From: a virus
Lineage: Duplodnaviria; Caudoviricetes
DNA: 64,000 nucleotides
IMG/VR virus record: IMGVR_UViG_3300020048_000088
Coordinates: 1 to 64,000 of that record
Reading direction: 5' to 3' (one strand)
Shown piece by piece: positions 1 to 9,512 of the stretch. The translations under genes were made by a program, and so were the position numbers. Positions within the stretch are counted from its first letter, which is position 1, and every line of letters starts with the position of its first letter. The notes below the pieces were generated by a model. It saw only the letters and a list, made by a program, of their open reading frames with translations, did no database searches and had not been told where the DNA came from.

Positions 1-2
1 CC

Positions 3-1568
3 AAGCGGTTTGACGACCTGCAGAAAAGCATTGCCAGCGAGCGCGATGCCGTGGCCGGTGCGCGGGCTGGCATTTTGGGCCTGACGCCCAAGACGGCGGC
101 GCAACTGGCGGCTGAGATTACCGAGGCCAAGGTGGCGCTGCCGTCTGATGCGGGGGTGCTGGCAGCACTCAGCGCCAAGGCCGCTGCGCAATCTGGAATT
201 GACGCCGCTACTTCAGCCCAGTCGGGCACCAGCAGCCTGTATGGCGGCTTATTAACTACGGCTCAAACTGGCCTCACTACAACCATCAGTTATTACAAAG
301 ATCTGGCCAATAAGTTCCAGACCCGTGCGCTGGACTATGCCATCCGCGTCAACGCCACCGGCACCAACAACGACGCCTACAGCTACAACGCAGCTACCAA
401 CAGCCTCAATGCATGGAAGGACACCAGTAGCCACTCGCCGTCCGGGCGCTCCTCGTATCACTTTGTGGAAGACGCCAACCGCTTTAAAGCTGAGCAGTAC
501 GCAAACAACACCGTGTACTTCCTTAATCAGGGCAACGAAGTACTCGCAGCAGCCTCCAAAGCGGTCGCTACCGCGCAAGCAGCCTACAACACCGCTATGG
601 CGGCGGCATCAAGCACCACCAGCGCGGCCAGCGCCGCCCTGACCGCCGCCGACGCCGCGGCCAAAAAGGCCCTTGAAGACTACGTCGACGCCATGGTGAA
701 GTACAGCGGAGACGCTGAAAAAGCCGTCAAGGTGTTGAGCCAGTTGCGCGAGGAAACCGTGGCCTACTACGAGGCCCAGAAGGAGCTGGCCGGCCTGATG
801 AGCGCCAGCGCGGCTGGCCTGCGGGACGCCGTAAAGAGCACCAGATTTGGTCAGCTGAGCTCGGAGGCTTCTCTGGCCAGCCGCCAGCGTGACTTCGCCA
901 CAAATTACAGCATGGCCCTGTCGACCACGGGCGCAGAAAAGGCTGGCTACGCCGACAAACTTGGCGCGGCGCTGCCTGACCTGTCAAACGCACTGAAAGA
1001 CGCGTCGAGCACCCGCGAGGAGTGGGTGAAGGCGACGTCTAAGCTCTACAGCCAGAGCGAGACTGTGGCCGCGCAGCTCGTGTCGGAAGCCGAGGGGATG
1101 AACTATGAGGCCGAAAGCCTCGGACTCCTCGGCAGCATCGACACGGCTCTGGGCGAGCTCGCCAGCAACACAACCATTCTGAAAACCGCCATCGAAGGTG
1201 GCGCCGAGTCCACTGCCAAAAACCTGCGCCTGATCGTCACGCAGCTGGGTGGCGTGCCGGCCTTTGCATCAGGTGGCTACCACTCCGGGGGCCTCCGGCT
1301 GGTTGGTGAGAACGGGCCGGAACTTGAGGTCACAGGGCCAAGCCGAATCTTTACCGCCCAACAGCTTCAGGCCGGAGGGGGTGGACAGGGTAGTGCAGCG
1401 CTTATCGCTGAGATTCAGGCTCTGCGCGCTGAAGTGGTGGGCCTGCGCGCCGAGGCCCGGGCGACTGCCGGCCACACATCCAAGACTGCGAAGCTCCTTG
1501 GGCGCGCGATGCCTGATGGGGAGGGGATTGCCATCAGTGGGTCGATTGACGGAGGATCGCTGGCATGA
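3..1568 (+). CDS. Tail tape measure protein, C-terminal part (5' truncated by window edge)
   Basis: The frame is open from the window start. Ala-rich helical sequence ends in the GGVPAFASGGYHSGGLRLVGENGPELEVTGPSRIF motif typical of tape-measure C-termini, and tail genes follow. Confidence 0.85.
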   Translation, partial: KRFDDLQKSIASERDAVAGARAGILGLTPKTAAQLAAEITEAKVALPSDAGVLAALSAKAAAQSGIDAATSAQSGTSSLYGGLLTTAQTGLTTTISYYKDLANKFQTRALDYAIRVNATGTNNDAYSYNAATNSLNAWKDTSSHSPSGRSSYHFVEDANRFKAEQYANNTVYFLNQGNEVLAAASKAVATAQAAYNTAMAAASSTTSAASAALTAADAAAKKALEDYVDAMVKYSGDAEKAVKVLSQLREETVAYYEAQKELAGLMSASAAGLRDAVKSTRFGQLSSEASLASRQRDFATNYSMALSTTGAEKAGYADKLGAALPDLSNALKDASSTREEWVKATSKLYSQSETVAAQLVSEAEGMNYEAESLGLLGSIDTALGELASNTTILKTAIEGGAESTAKNLRLIVTQLGGVPAFASGGYHSGGLRLVGENGPELEVTGPSRIFTAQQLQAGGGGQGSAALIAEIQALRAEVVGLRAEARATAGHTSKTAKLLGRAMPDGEGIAISGSIDGGSLA

Positions 1569-2596
1569 GCATAGCAATCCAACTGAAACGAGGTAGCCGG
1601 GCAAGTCTCGACATGCAGGCGCAGAGAGGCAACCTGGCACCGGGGGAGCCTCTTCTGATCCAGGACGAGGAGCGCCTGGCCGTGGCCCTGTCTCCGACAA
1701 GTTACGTGTCCTTCGCCAAGAGTCAGGAGATCAGCGCCATCGCCAGCGACGATGTTCTCTACACATCGGAGAAGCCCGCGGTGGTGCAGGAGTACGACGT
1801 GCTGCAGGCCGAAAAGTCCGCGCTGGAGGCCAGTGCCGTAACTCACGGCATCGTGACGGAGAAGGTCACGTACAGCACGGCCATGGACAACCTGGCTGCG
1901 TACCTCGGCGCGCTCACAGGGTGGAACGTGGTGCCGGGGGTCGACGTAGTGATTGTCGGCGACACCTTCAGGACCAAGTTCCACGACGTGTACGCCGCGC
2001 GCGAGGCGCTGAGGCTGAGGATCACGGAAGCAACCGCCGTAGCGCTTGCCGCAGCAGAGATTCCCGAGACGCTGTCCGAGCTGAACCTTGTGGAGGGCAC
2101 CAAGCTCGGCACCATCGAATCAGGTGCTACCCGCAACATAGGGAGGGGGGAGTGGCAGGAAGCAACAGAGTACGCTGTTGGTGACAACGTGACCTTCTTT
2201 GGGTCTTCCTGGACAGCCAAGACCCTGCACACATCGAGCCTTGCTACAAGACCTCCAGCGGACCCCGCAACACTCGCCCTGGAGTGGCACCTGACAGCAA
2301 GCACAGGTGTCAACTACGAGGTCGAGATACAGAGCACCAACGGCACCACCTTCAGGGTGGGCCAAGGCAGAACAACCGTCCTCAAGGCGCTTGTCTTCAA
2401 GAACGGAATGGACGTGACCTCCACCATCCCATTTGGCTGGTTCAGGTGGACACGGGTCAGCACCATTGCGCAAGAGTCCCCCAACGACGATGCCACTTGG
2501 AACACCTTGTACCAATCAGGTTACTCACAAATCTCGCTGAACGTCGATGACGTTTATGCGAAGGCCACGTTTTTCTGCGACATCCTCACCCCTTAA
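1565..2596 (+). CDS. Minor tail / fibre-associated structural protein
   Basis: ATGA overlap with tape measure. N-terminal IQLKRG motif (Mtd-N-like) and a W..ATEYAVGD.V.F.GSSW carbohydrate-binding-like repeat. Confidence 0.65.
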   Translation: MSIAIQLKRGSRASLDMQAQRGNLAPGEPLLIQDEERLAVALSPTSYVSFAKSQEISAIASDDVLYTSEKPAVVQEYDVLQAEKSALEASAVTHGIVTEKVTYSTAMDNLAAYLGALTGWNVVPGVDVVIVGDTFRTKFHDVYAAREALRLRITEATAVALAAAEIPETLSELNLVEGTKLGTIESGATRNIGRGEWQEATEYAVGDNVTFFGSSWTAKTLHTSSLATRPPADPATLALEWHLTASTGVNYEVEIQSTNGTTFRVGQGRTTVLKALVFKNGMDVTSTIPFGWFRWTRVSTIAQESPNDDATWNTLYQSGYSQISLNVDDVYAKATFFCDILTP

Positions 2597-2608
2597 AGGA
2601 CAATTACC

Positions 2609-4087
2609 ATGCCGACCTTAGTTTCAACAGGCCAAATCACGATCATCGACACCAACGATGCTCGCTCCATCACAATGGCTGTCACGTCCGATATGGGCGT
2701 TCTTCAGACCTACAGCAAAGATAACGACACCGTTACTTATGTTCCGAGTTGGTTCACCGCCAACGCCAGCACTGGGTTGACCATCAACGTCGCTCTGGCT
2801 GTCGGGGGACTGACCACAGGACAATCCTGGGCGGCTATGTCGAACAAGACGTTCTCCCTGACGGCGGGGGGTGCGGCACTCACAACGGCTTCGACTTCAA
2901 CAAGTTTCGTCAATGACGCCGATGGCGCGCTGAGTACCCCGTTTACCGTGACACACGCAGTGGTCGGGTCAGCCACCCCTTCGACCTTGAAAATCAAGGG
3001 TAACCTGAAGGACACGGTGGCCTTCTTCACGCTGTTCTTCGACGCCGATTACACCGACGCCAACACGGGGCTGGTGACTAACGTCATGGCTCAGATTACC
3101 CTGAACACCTTGAAGACCGGCTCCAACGCGGTCTACATCCTGACTCGTGGGAACTCTTCGATTGAAGCTGCCACAGGCACGGTCAAGTCCGTAACTGCCA
3201 TTGCAGCCGATCTGATGCGCACCAGCGGCATTGACACCACCAGCTTGACTTACCGCTGGTACGACACCAACGGCGCGACCCAGATCAGCACCTCGACCGC
3301 CAGCGTTGCGACCAAGTACGGCATGAAGACGACATCAGGCTCACCCACGGCAGCTGTGGGTGAACTGAACGTCAACATTCCTGTGGCGGGTGCAGGTAAC
3401 GGCCACAACACGTTGGTCATCAGTGAGAACGCAGTGACGGACTTGGCAATCTTCCGGGTTGACATCACCGACGCGACGGAATCCAAGACCTACTCGCAGT
3501 ATTTCACGGTCTATGATGTCTCTGACCCCTATGACTTGAGACTCACCTCGTCATCGGGCGACAAGCTGCAAAACGGCATCGGCAGCACCACGATCACACC
3601 TGATGTTTTCTACGGCGCAATAAGGGTGTCACCACTGACTGGCTGGAGCTTCACCTACTACTTCTATGACAAGACAGGCAAGCGTGGGGCGTTTGTGGAC
3701 ACGGCCAAAATCTCTGTGGCAGGGGGAGCGCCCGTTACCGCGAACACCACGGGTGCCAGCGCCACCGTCACTTACACAGGCACCAGCTTTGCGTTTGCGG
3801 CAGGCGATGTTGTCAAGGTGGTCAAACCCAATGGGGATGCTCTCTTCTATGAAGTGGCAAGTTCTACCACCAACATCGTGACGATCCGCACACCCAGCAC
3901 AAACACCTGGCTCAATTACACCAACTTCCCGGCTCCGTCTGCCATCACTGACTTTGTTGGCGGTAAGTTGTTTGGCTGTACCGCGCAAGGTGTTCGCACA
4001 GTGAGTACGACACCTTGGGCCATCACCGTAACGGGTGATGAGATTGATGTCAAGGGCAACATCGTGGCTGAAGCCAATCGCCCGTAA
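2609..4087 (+). CDS. Thr/Ser/Gly-rich virion structural (tail) protein
   Basis: AAGGA RBS; 492 aa beta-rich composition; located in the tail module. Confidence 0.65.
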   Translation: MPTLVSTGQITIIDTNDARSITMAVTSDMGVLQTYSKDNDTVTYVPSWFTANASTGLTINVALAVGGLTTGQSWAAMSNKTFSLTAGGAALTTASTSTSFVNDADGALSTPFTVTHAVVGSATPSTLKIKGNLKDTVAFFTLFFDADYTDANTGLVTNVMAQITLNTLKTGSNAVYILTRGNSSIEAATGTVKSVTAIAADLMRTSGIDTTSLTYRWYDTNGATQISTSTASVATKYGMKTTSGSPTAAVGELNVNIPVAGAGNGHNTLVISENAVTDLAIFRVDITDATESKTYSQYFTVYDVSDPYDLRLTSSSGDKLQNGIGSTTITPDVFYGAIRVSPLTGWSFTYYFYDKTGKRGAFVDTAKISVAGGAPVTANTTGASATVTYTGTSFAFAAGDVVKVVKPNGDALFYEVASSTTNIVTIRTPSTNTWLNYTNFPAPSAITDFVGGKLFGCTAQGVRTVSTTPWAITVTGDEIDVKGNIVAEANRP

Positions 4088-4097
4088 GGAGCCCTAG

Positions 4098-6089
4098 ATG
4101 CCCACCCTTGTCTCCACAGGTCAGATCACCATCGTCGATGCCAATGATGGCGTCAACGGAACGCGAGTGGGCTTCCTTGAGGTCTACCAGTGGGGTGCCG
4201 CAGCGCCTGCCGCAGCGCCTGCACTGCCCACTGGCACATCCACCTACACCTGGGCGACTGGGGCTTTCACGGCGCCCTCGACTCCCGCTGGCTGGCGCCT
4301 GACACCGGGTGCTGCGGTTGTGGGGCAGACTCTCTGGGCCACGTCCGTCAGAGTCAGCAACTCCCTGACAACTTTGACTTCCTCTGTCACATGGGCAGGC
4401 GGCAGTGCTTACGCAGTGGGTGCGGCGGGAACGAACGGGGCGACGGGGCCGTCTGTAGTGGTCAACGCCAACCGCACAACAACCTTTACAGCCACTGATG
4501 AAATCCTTGATGGCTCACAGGCTGACATTATCTTCACCGCTACTGTCAGCGGAGTTACTTCGCCAACCTACGTCTGGACGTTCAGCGGGTTTCAGACCAG
4601 CCCCACCAACTCAGATGCTGCAACTCAGACGATCACATCAGACCAGTTCGGCAACTCCAAAGCTGCCACGGTAACCTGCACCGTGGGCACCCACAAAGAC
4701 GTGACCTCGATTGTCAGGTTGCAGGGGAGCACTGCAGCGGCGGGGGCGACGGTAAACATCTTCACCAGTGGCCTGCTTTCCGCTCGACCCACAGGCGACA
4801 ACGGCGACACCTACTTCGCCACCGACACGCAGGTGCTGTACCAGAAGATTGCAGGGGCGTGGACGTCTTCGTCGAACCTGCAGAACCTCTCGGACGCCGC
4901 AGACGTGGGTGAGGTTTACAACAGCAGCGGCACAATCGTAGGTGGTGACGGGCGCCCGGCGGGTGTCAAGTCGATGTACGGCAGCGCTGTGGTTGCTGAT
5001 GTCTCCTATCAGGATGTAGCCAGAACCATAGTCAAGCTCTACAGCGCGACAGACTCCAGCACTGGGATGGCGTGGTCTGCGTTCAGAGTCAACCCATCGA
5101 CCACCTACAACATCTTCATACGCATCAAGTCCAACGTAGCCGCTGCATCGGGCCTGTACTTCAGGATGTACGAGCTTGACACTGAGATGCCGGTCGGCAC
5201 GACCTACATCCACAACGGGACCGGGGAGTCGGGGGGCACCACAGGCACTCGGGCGATGTCCACATTTCGGGAGAACCAAGCGATCACTACATCGTGGGTT
5301 GAGTTCAACTTCTCCTACACTCCGACAGCCACAGCCAAGTGGGTATCGCCGTTCTTCCTGAATTGGACCGGCATGGGCCTCACGGAACTTCACGTCGACA
5401 AGGTCGTCATCACCAGTTTGGCGACAGTGGGCGCAACAGCACAGCAGGCCACAGACATCGCGGATCGCGTTTCAAAATCCAATGCGTCCATACTAAGCTC
5501 GACAGTTAGCCTGGATGCAACAGAGGGCGCAGGTTTCAGGGCGGGATCACTGACATGGAATGCTTCTGGTGAGAGAGATGACGGGCATGGTGTTGCCATG
5601 ACGCCGGGGGGACTTGTTGGCTACAAGCCGGATGGCACCAATACCTTCAAGATTGACGCCACCACGGGTGATGTGTACTTTGCTGGCACATTAGCCGCTG
5701 GTACAGCAACATTTGATGCCATTGTTGGAAACTCTTCCACTGAGTTTATTTCTGCGACGCATATGGTCAACAACAATACATGGGGTGCCTATTATTTTGA
5801 CATGCGACACCCGGGGGTTGCCAGTGTTTTATTGACTGTTGGATTCAATACATCCAATGTAACAAATAGTACATATTACTTCTATTCAATTATTACTTCA
5901 TCCGATGTAGCGCCAGCAACACTAGATGGCATTACACGGCAAACAGGCGCAGGTGATGCAACGGTAAGCTTGACAATGCCAACGGTAAGCAGGGATATTG
6001 GGCGGTACTACATATGGGTTGCCGCAGCAATTGGATACGCCGGCCCGGAGCACAAGTTCTCCTTCACGGTTCTTAGGAGTTATCGCTGA
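4098..6089 (+). CDS. Tail fibre / receptor-binding protein
   Basis: AAGGAG RBS. N-terminus nearly identical to that of the preceding protein. Contains a GAAGTNGATG collagen-like linker, a CBM-like middle domain and an AT-richer C-terminal tip, and is followed by a fibre chaperone. Confidence 0.75.
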   Translation: MPTLVSTGQITIVDANDGVNGTRVGFLEVYQWGAAAPAAAPALPTGTSTYTWATGAFTAPSTPAGWRLTPGAAVVGQTLWATSVRVSNSLTTLTSSVTWAGGSAYAVGAAGTNGATGPSVVVNANRTTTFTATDEILDGSQADIIFTATVSGVTSPTYVWTFSGFQTSPTNSDAATQTITSDQFGNSKAATVTCTVGTHKDVTSIVRLQGSTAAAGATVNIFTSGLLSARPTGDNGDTYFATDTQVLYQKIAGAWTSSSNLQNLSDAADVGEVYNSSGTIVGGDGRPAGVKSMYGSAVVADVSYQDVARTIVKLYSATDSSTGMAWSAFRVNPSTTYNIFIRIKSNVAAASGLYFRMYELDTEMPVGTTYIHNGTGESGGTTGTRAMSTFRENQAITTSWVEFNFSYTPTATAKWVSPFFLNWTGMGLTELHVDKVVITSLATVGATAQQATDIADRVSKSNASILSSTVSLDATEGAGFRAGSLTWNASGERDDGHGVAMTPGGLVGYKPDGTNTFKIDATTGDVYFAGTLAAGTATFDAIVGNSSTEFISATHMVNNNTWGAYYFDMRHPGVASVLLTVGFNTSNVTNSTYYFYSIITSSDVAPATLDGITRQTGAGDATVSLTMPTVSRDIGRYYIWVAAAIGYAGPEHKFSFTVLRSYR

Positions 6090-6667
6090 TGCTTATTTAT
6101 ATTTTCAAAACAGATGGTTCAAGTCTTTTATCGCATGAAATATCGAATGATACTGATGCGCAAAATGAGGCAATAGAGCGAGGAGGGGCATTTTTTTTAT
6201 GCACAGACGATACCTACGACATTCGGGACATATATTTTGACAGTGGGAAAATAGCACACATCCCGCAGAGGCCATCCGTTTACCATGTCTTCAACTACAC
6301 CACCAAACAATGGGAAGACCCCCGGACCCTAGACGACCTCAAAAAAGCCCAGTGGTCCACCATCAAGCAAGCCCTCACCGCAGCCGAGTACGCAGGCTTC
6401 ACATGGGATGGCTCAACTTTTGACTCGGATACCCTGAGCCAGAACCGAATCATGAACCATGTGACACTGGCGCAGATGTCGCCCGAGTTTGTCATTGACT
6501 GGACCTTGGCTGACAACACGGTGCGCACCCTGATTCGGGAAGAAATGGTGGCCGTGGGTATTGCGCTTGGGGTGCATGTGCAGACGCAGTTTGCCAAGGC
6601 GCAGGCCTTGCGGGTGCTGATCGACGCTGCGAACACAGTCGAAGAGGTGGAGGCGGTCATCTGGTAG
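6089..6667 (+). CDS. Tail fibre assembly protein (DUF4376-like C-terminal domain)
   Basis: Motifs FTWDGSTFDSD..SQNRI and IDWTLADNTVRTL...LID.A.T.EEVEAV.W; directly follows the fibre gene. Confidence 0.75.
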   Translation: MLIYIFKTDGSSLLSHEISNDTDAQNEAIERGGAFFLCTDDTYDIRDIYFDSGKIAHIPQRPSVYHVFNYTTKQWEDPRTLDDLKKAQWSTIKQALTAAEYAGFTWDGSTFDSDTLSQNRIMNHVTLAQMSPEFVIDWTLADNTVRTLIREEMVAVGIALGVHVQTQFAKAQALRVLIDAANTVEEVEAVIW

Positions 6668-6727
6668 GGGATTGATCAATGGCGAGCAGGGGCATAGTCT
6701 CGGGGAATCTGAACCCCCTGAGACATC

Positions 6728-7600
6728 ATGGACGCCATTACACCCATCAACCTAGACGCCGCCTACCTCAACCTCTCCAGCGCGACTGAGACATGGCCAG
6801 CCTGGCTAAGCGGGTCAGGGTACTCGGCAGGCTTCACTGTCAGCTACGACTCGAGCACAGTTCACGGTATTTACCAAAGACTTATCGCGGGGGCTGGCAC
6901 CGTGGCCCCAAACCTTGACCTCGCCAACTGGGAGTATTTGTCTCCCAGTAACCGGTGGGCTATGTTCGACAACTCCAGGAGCACGCGAACGTGGGCCATG
7001 GGGAGTTTGGCTGTGGTTCTGCAGAATTTGTCGGGGACCTACGGAGTGGGTCTGTTCGGCTTGGTTGGCACCTCTGTCACAGTGTCTGTGCAGAACAGTG
7101 GCGGCACTGTCACCTTCCAGGCGGTTAAGGCCCTCAACGGCACATCCAGCAACCCCGACCAAGTCGTTCTGAACGCCGTCGTCGTGCCTGCTGGGGGCAC
7201 CATCAACATTCTGCTCTCCCACTCTGGGGGGGCGGCATACAAGGTCGAGTGCGGGGCCTGCGTTTTGGGTCGGACAGCCTTTCTCGGCGTCACACAGCCC
7301 TCCCCGTCGCTGGGCATCGTGAGCTACAGCCGCAAGGTTACAGACGAGTTTGGGATGACCACTTTCGTGAAGCGCGCCAGCAGCAAGCGGCTCACCGTCA
7401 AACTCCGGATCAACAACACGGAGCTTGACTCTGTGTACAGAAAGCTCGAGGAGCTCGATGGCGTTCCCTTCGTGCTGGTGTGTTCTGACATCGCAGCGCT
7501 CAAGCCTCTGGACATCCTGGGGTTCCTCAAGGACTTCTCTATTGATGTTGCCTACGTCAGTGAGTCCCTGTGCTCGATCGAGTTTGAGGGCTTGGCATGA
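6728..7600 (+). CDS. Minor tail protein (distal-tail-like)
   Basis: W..LSPSNRWAMFD motif and C-terminal SYSRKVTDEFG...VKR motif seen in phage tail proteins. Confidence 0.55.
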   Translation: MDAITPINLDAAYLNLSSATETWPAWLSGSGYSAGFTVSYDSSTVHGIYQRLIAGAGTVAPNLDLANWEYLSPSNRWAMFDNSRSTRTWAMGSLAVVLQNLSGTYGVGLFGLVGTSVTVSVQNSGGTVTFQAVKALNGTSSNPDQVVLNAVVVPAGGTINILLSHSGGAAYKVECGACVLGRTAFLGVTQPSPSLGIVSYSRKVTDEFGMTTFVKRASSKRLTVKLRINNTELDSVYRKLEELDGVPFVLVCSDIAALKPLDILGFLKDFSIDVAYVSESLCSIEFEGLA

Positions 7601-7998
7601 CCCCCGCAAAAGCAGTAGCCCTGGTTGCGTCAAAGTTCCGCTACACCAACGACAAGCGCTTCATCTTCGACCTCTGGTTCGTCATGCGCGACGCTGATGG
7701 CGTGATGAAGGGCGACTGTGACGACTTCACGATTACCTGCTTGTGGGAGATGTGCGGACGCAGCCTGCGCACGTTCATCTGGAAGGTCCTGATCACCCAT
7801 CAGTACAAGGTGCACCGAGTCAAGAGCACCAACGGCTACCACGTCGTGGGGGAGGTCGACGGGCTGTGGTTCGACAACTGGACCCTGAGGGCCATGCCTA
7901 AGGCCGAGTTTTTCGCCGCGACGGGGCACAGGCACCAGATTCAGTACGTGTCACCGGTGATGCTGCCGTACCTGATCAGTGGGCTGTTTGTGCGGTAA
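7597..7998 (+). CDS. Transglutaminase-like cysteine peptidase (BTLCP-like)
   Basis: GDCDDF (Cys), YHVV (His) and WFDN (Asp) in the catalytic-triad order of this family. Confidence 0.55.
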   Translation: MTPAKAVALVASKFRYTNDKRFIFDLWFVMRDADGVMKGDCDDFTITCLWEMCGRSLRTFIWKVLITHQYKVHRVKSTNGYHVVGEVDGLWFDNWTLRAMPKAEFFAATGHRHQIQYVSPVMLPYLISGLFVR

Positions 7999-8068
7999 CC
8001 CCGGGGATTGCCTTCGCGCTCCGCACAGCCTATAACCTATCTCAGTAAGCAACAGAGACTGAAACAGA

Positions 8069-8461
8069 ATGCACCAAGATACACCCCCCGATCGTTGCGT
8101 CATGGGCCTTTACCCATCAGTGCAGGAGTCCCCCATCATGGCTCTGGTGCAGATGATTCACGAGGATGTCAAGGGGGTTCGCACAAGCGTGACGAGCCTG
8201 GACAATAAGCTTGAGGGTCACATGAAGGATGAAACGCTGGAGCTTGCCGAGGCCATCGCGTCCATCATGCGCAAGGCATTCCCTGAGGGTGATCCTGCAG
8301 GGCACAGAGCCACACACGAGGCCGACATCCAGGCTGCCAAGGACAAGGCGGAGTTCTGGAAGAAGATGCGGTTTGAGTTGAGTCGCGCGGGGCTTCTGGC
8401 CTTCCTGCTCTGGGCGGCTGTGCAGCTCTGGAAGGGCGCGTTATCGGGGCCTGCGTCATGA
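8069..8461 (+). CDS. Membrane protein with C-terminal TM helix (holin/antiholin-like); alternative start 8138
   Basis: Coiled N-terminal part and hydrophobic AGLLAFLLWAAVQLW; first gene of the lysis cluster; GGAG RBS precedes ATG 8138. Confidence 0.5.
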   Translation: MHQDTPPDRCVMGLYPSVQESPIMALVQMIHEDVKGVRTSVTSLDNKLEGHMKDETLELAEAIASIMRKAFPEGDPAGHRATHEADIQAAKDKAEFWKKMRFELSRAGLLAFLLWAAVQLWKGALSGPAS

Positions 8462-8523
8462 GCGAACTTGAAAACTACCTCGCCCGCCTGAAAAAATTCT
8501 TGGACTTCTGGGGCTTCAAATGA
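8458..8523 (+). CDS. 21-aa micro-ORF MSELENYLARLKKFLDFWGFK
   Basis: Not in the ORF track. It fills the gap exactly, with ATGA overlaps to both neighbours (8458-8461 and 8520-8523). Confidence 0.6.
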   Translation: MSELENYLARLKKFLDFWGFK

Positions 8524-8990
8524 TCATCTCAACCCTCTTTTCTTTTCTCGGCGGCTCTGTCTTTCGCATGCTCTGGGGCGAGATTTCGTCCTGGATGAAC
8601 AAGAAGCAGGACCACGAACACGAGGTCGAGCGCATGCGCCTGCAGGGCGAGCTCGACGCCGCCCAGCACAGCCGCAACCAGGACGCCATCCGGCTGCAGG
8701 CCGAGCTGGGTGTCAAGACGATTCAGGTCCAGGCCGAGGCCAGGATCGACGAGATCGAGACCGACGCCTGGCTGGCCGCCGTCAAGGGCACCACCACCCC
8801 GATCGGCATCGCCTGGATCGACGCCTGGAACGGCATCATCCGCCCACTCGTCGCCACCTGGGCCGTCATCATCATCTCCATCGACTTCGCCAGCAAGGAC
8901 TGGGTGATGGACGAGAACAGCTGGATGCTGTGCAGCGCCGCGCTGGGCATCTACCTTGCAGACCGTGCCCTCTTCAAGCGAAACAAGTGA
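8520..8990 (+). CDS. Holin (3-TM, GTA-holin-like)
   Basis: Hydrophobic N-terminus, coiled coil, IRP motif and two C-terminal hydrophobic segments; directly upstream of the endolysin. Confidence 0.6.
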   Translation: MIISTLFSFLGGSVFRMLWGEISSWMNKKQDHEHEVERMRLQGELDAAQHSRNQDAIRLQAELGVKTIQVQAEARIDEIETDAWLAAVKGTTTPIGIAWIDAWNGIIRPLVATWAVIIISIDFASKDWVMDENSWMLCSAALGIYLADRALFKRNK

Positions 8991-9433
8991 TCGACCTGGC
9001 CTCAGCCATAGCAGCAGCGCTTTGTCGGCGCTTCGAGGGCCTGTACTTGCGCCCCTACATATGCCCGGCGGGGGTTCCGACGATCGGGTACGGCGCTACC
9101 TACTATCGGGACGGCAGGCGGGTGACCCTTTCGGACCCAGCCATTACACGGGCTCATGCCGAAGAGCTTCTCTTGTGGATGATTCGCACAGTCTACTTGC
9201 CTGACGTTCTCAGGCTCTGCCCCGGCATCGACGACCCCTGCCGCCTGGCCGCCCTCATCGACTTCACTTTCAACCTCGGCTCCGGCCAGCTGCGCTCCAG
9301 CACGCTGCGCAAGCGCGTCAATGCCGGGGACTGGGCCGACGTCCCGGTGCAGCTGCGCAAGTGGGATAAGGCGGGCGGGCGCGTGCTGAGGGGGCTGACG
9401 ATACGACGTGAAGCGGAGGTCGTTTTGATCTGA
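8987..9433 (+). CDS. Endolysin, GH24 lysozyme
   Basis: GTG start overlapping the holin stop (GTGA). Contains FEGLYLRPYICPAGVPTIGYG and W.KAGGRVLRGL..RR..E motifs. Confidence 0.92.
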   Translation: MIDLASAIAAALCRRFEGLYLRPYICPAGVPTIGYGATYYRDGRRVTLSDPAITRAHAEELLLWMIRTVYLPDVLRLCPGIDDPCRLAALIDFTFNLGSGQLRSSTLRKRVNAGDWADVPVQLRKWDKAGGRVLRGLTIRREAEVVLI

Positions 9434-9512
9434 CATCAGGGGGGGGGGATTTACTTTTGTGGGGCGCTTCCCCAGTATGGTGGCTCTGTAAACCAGTTAC
9501 TCAGAGACACAC

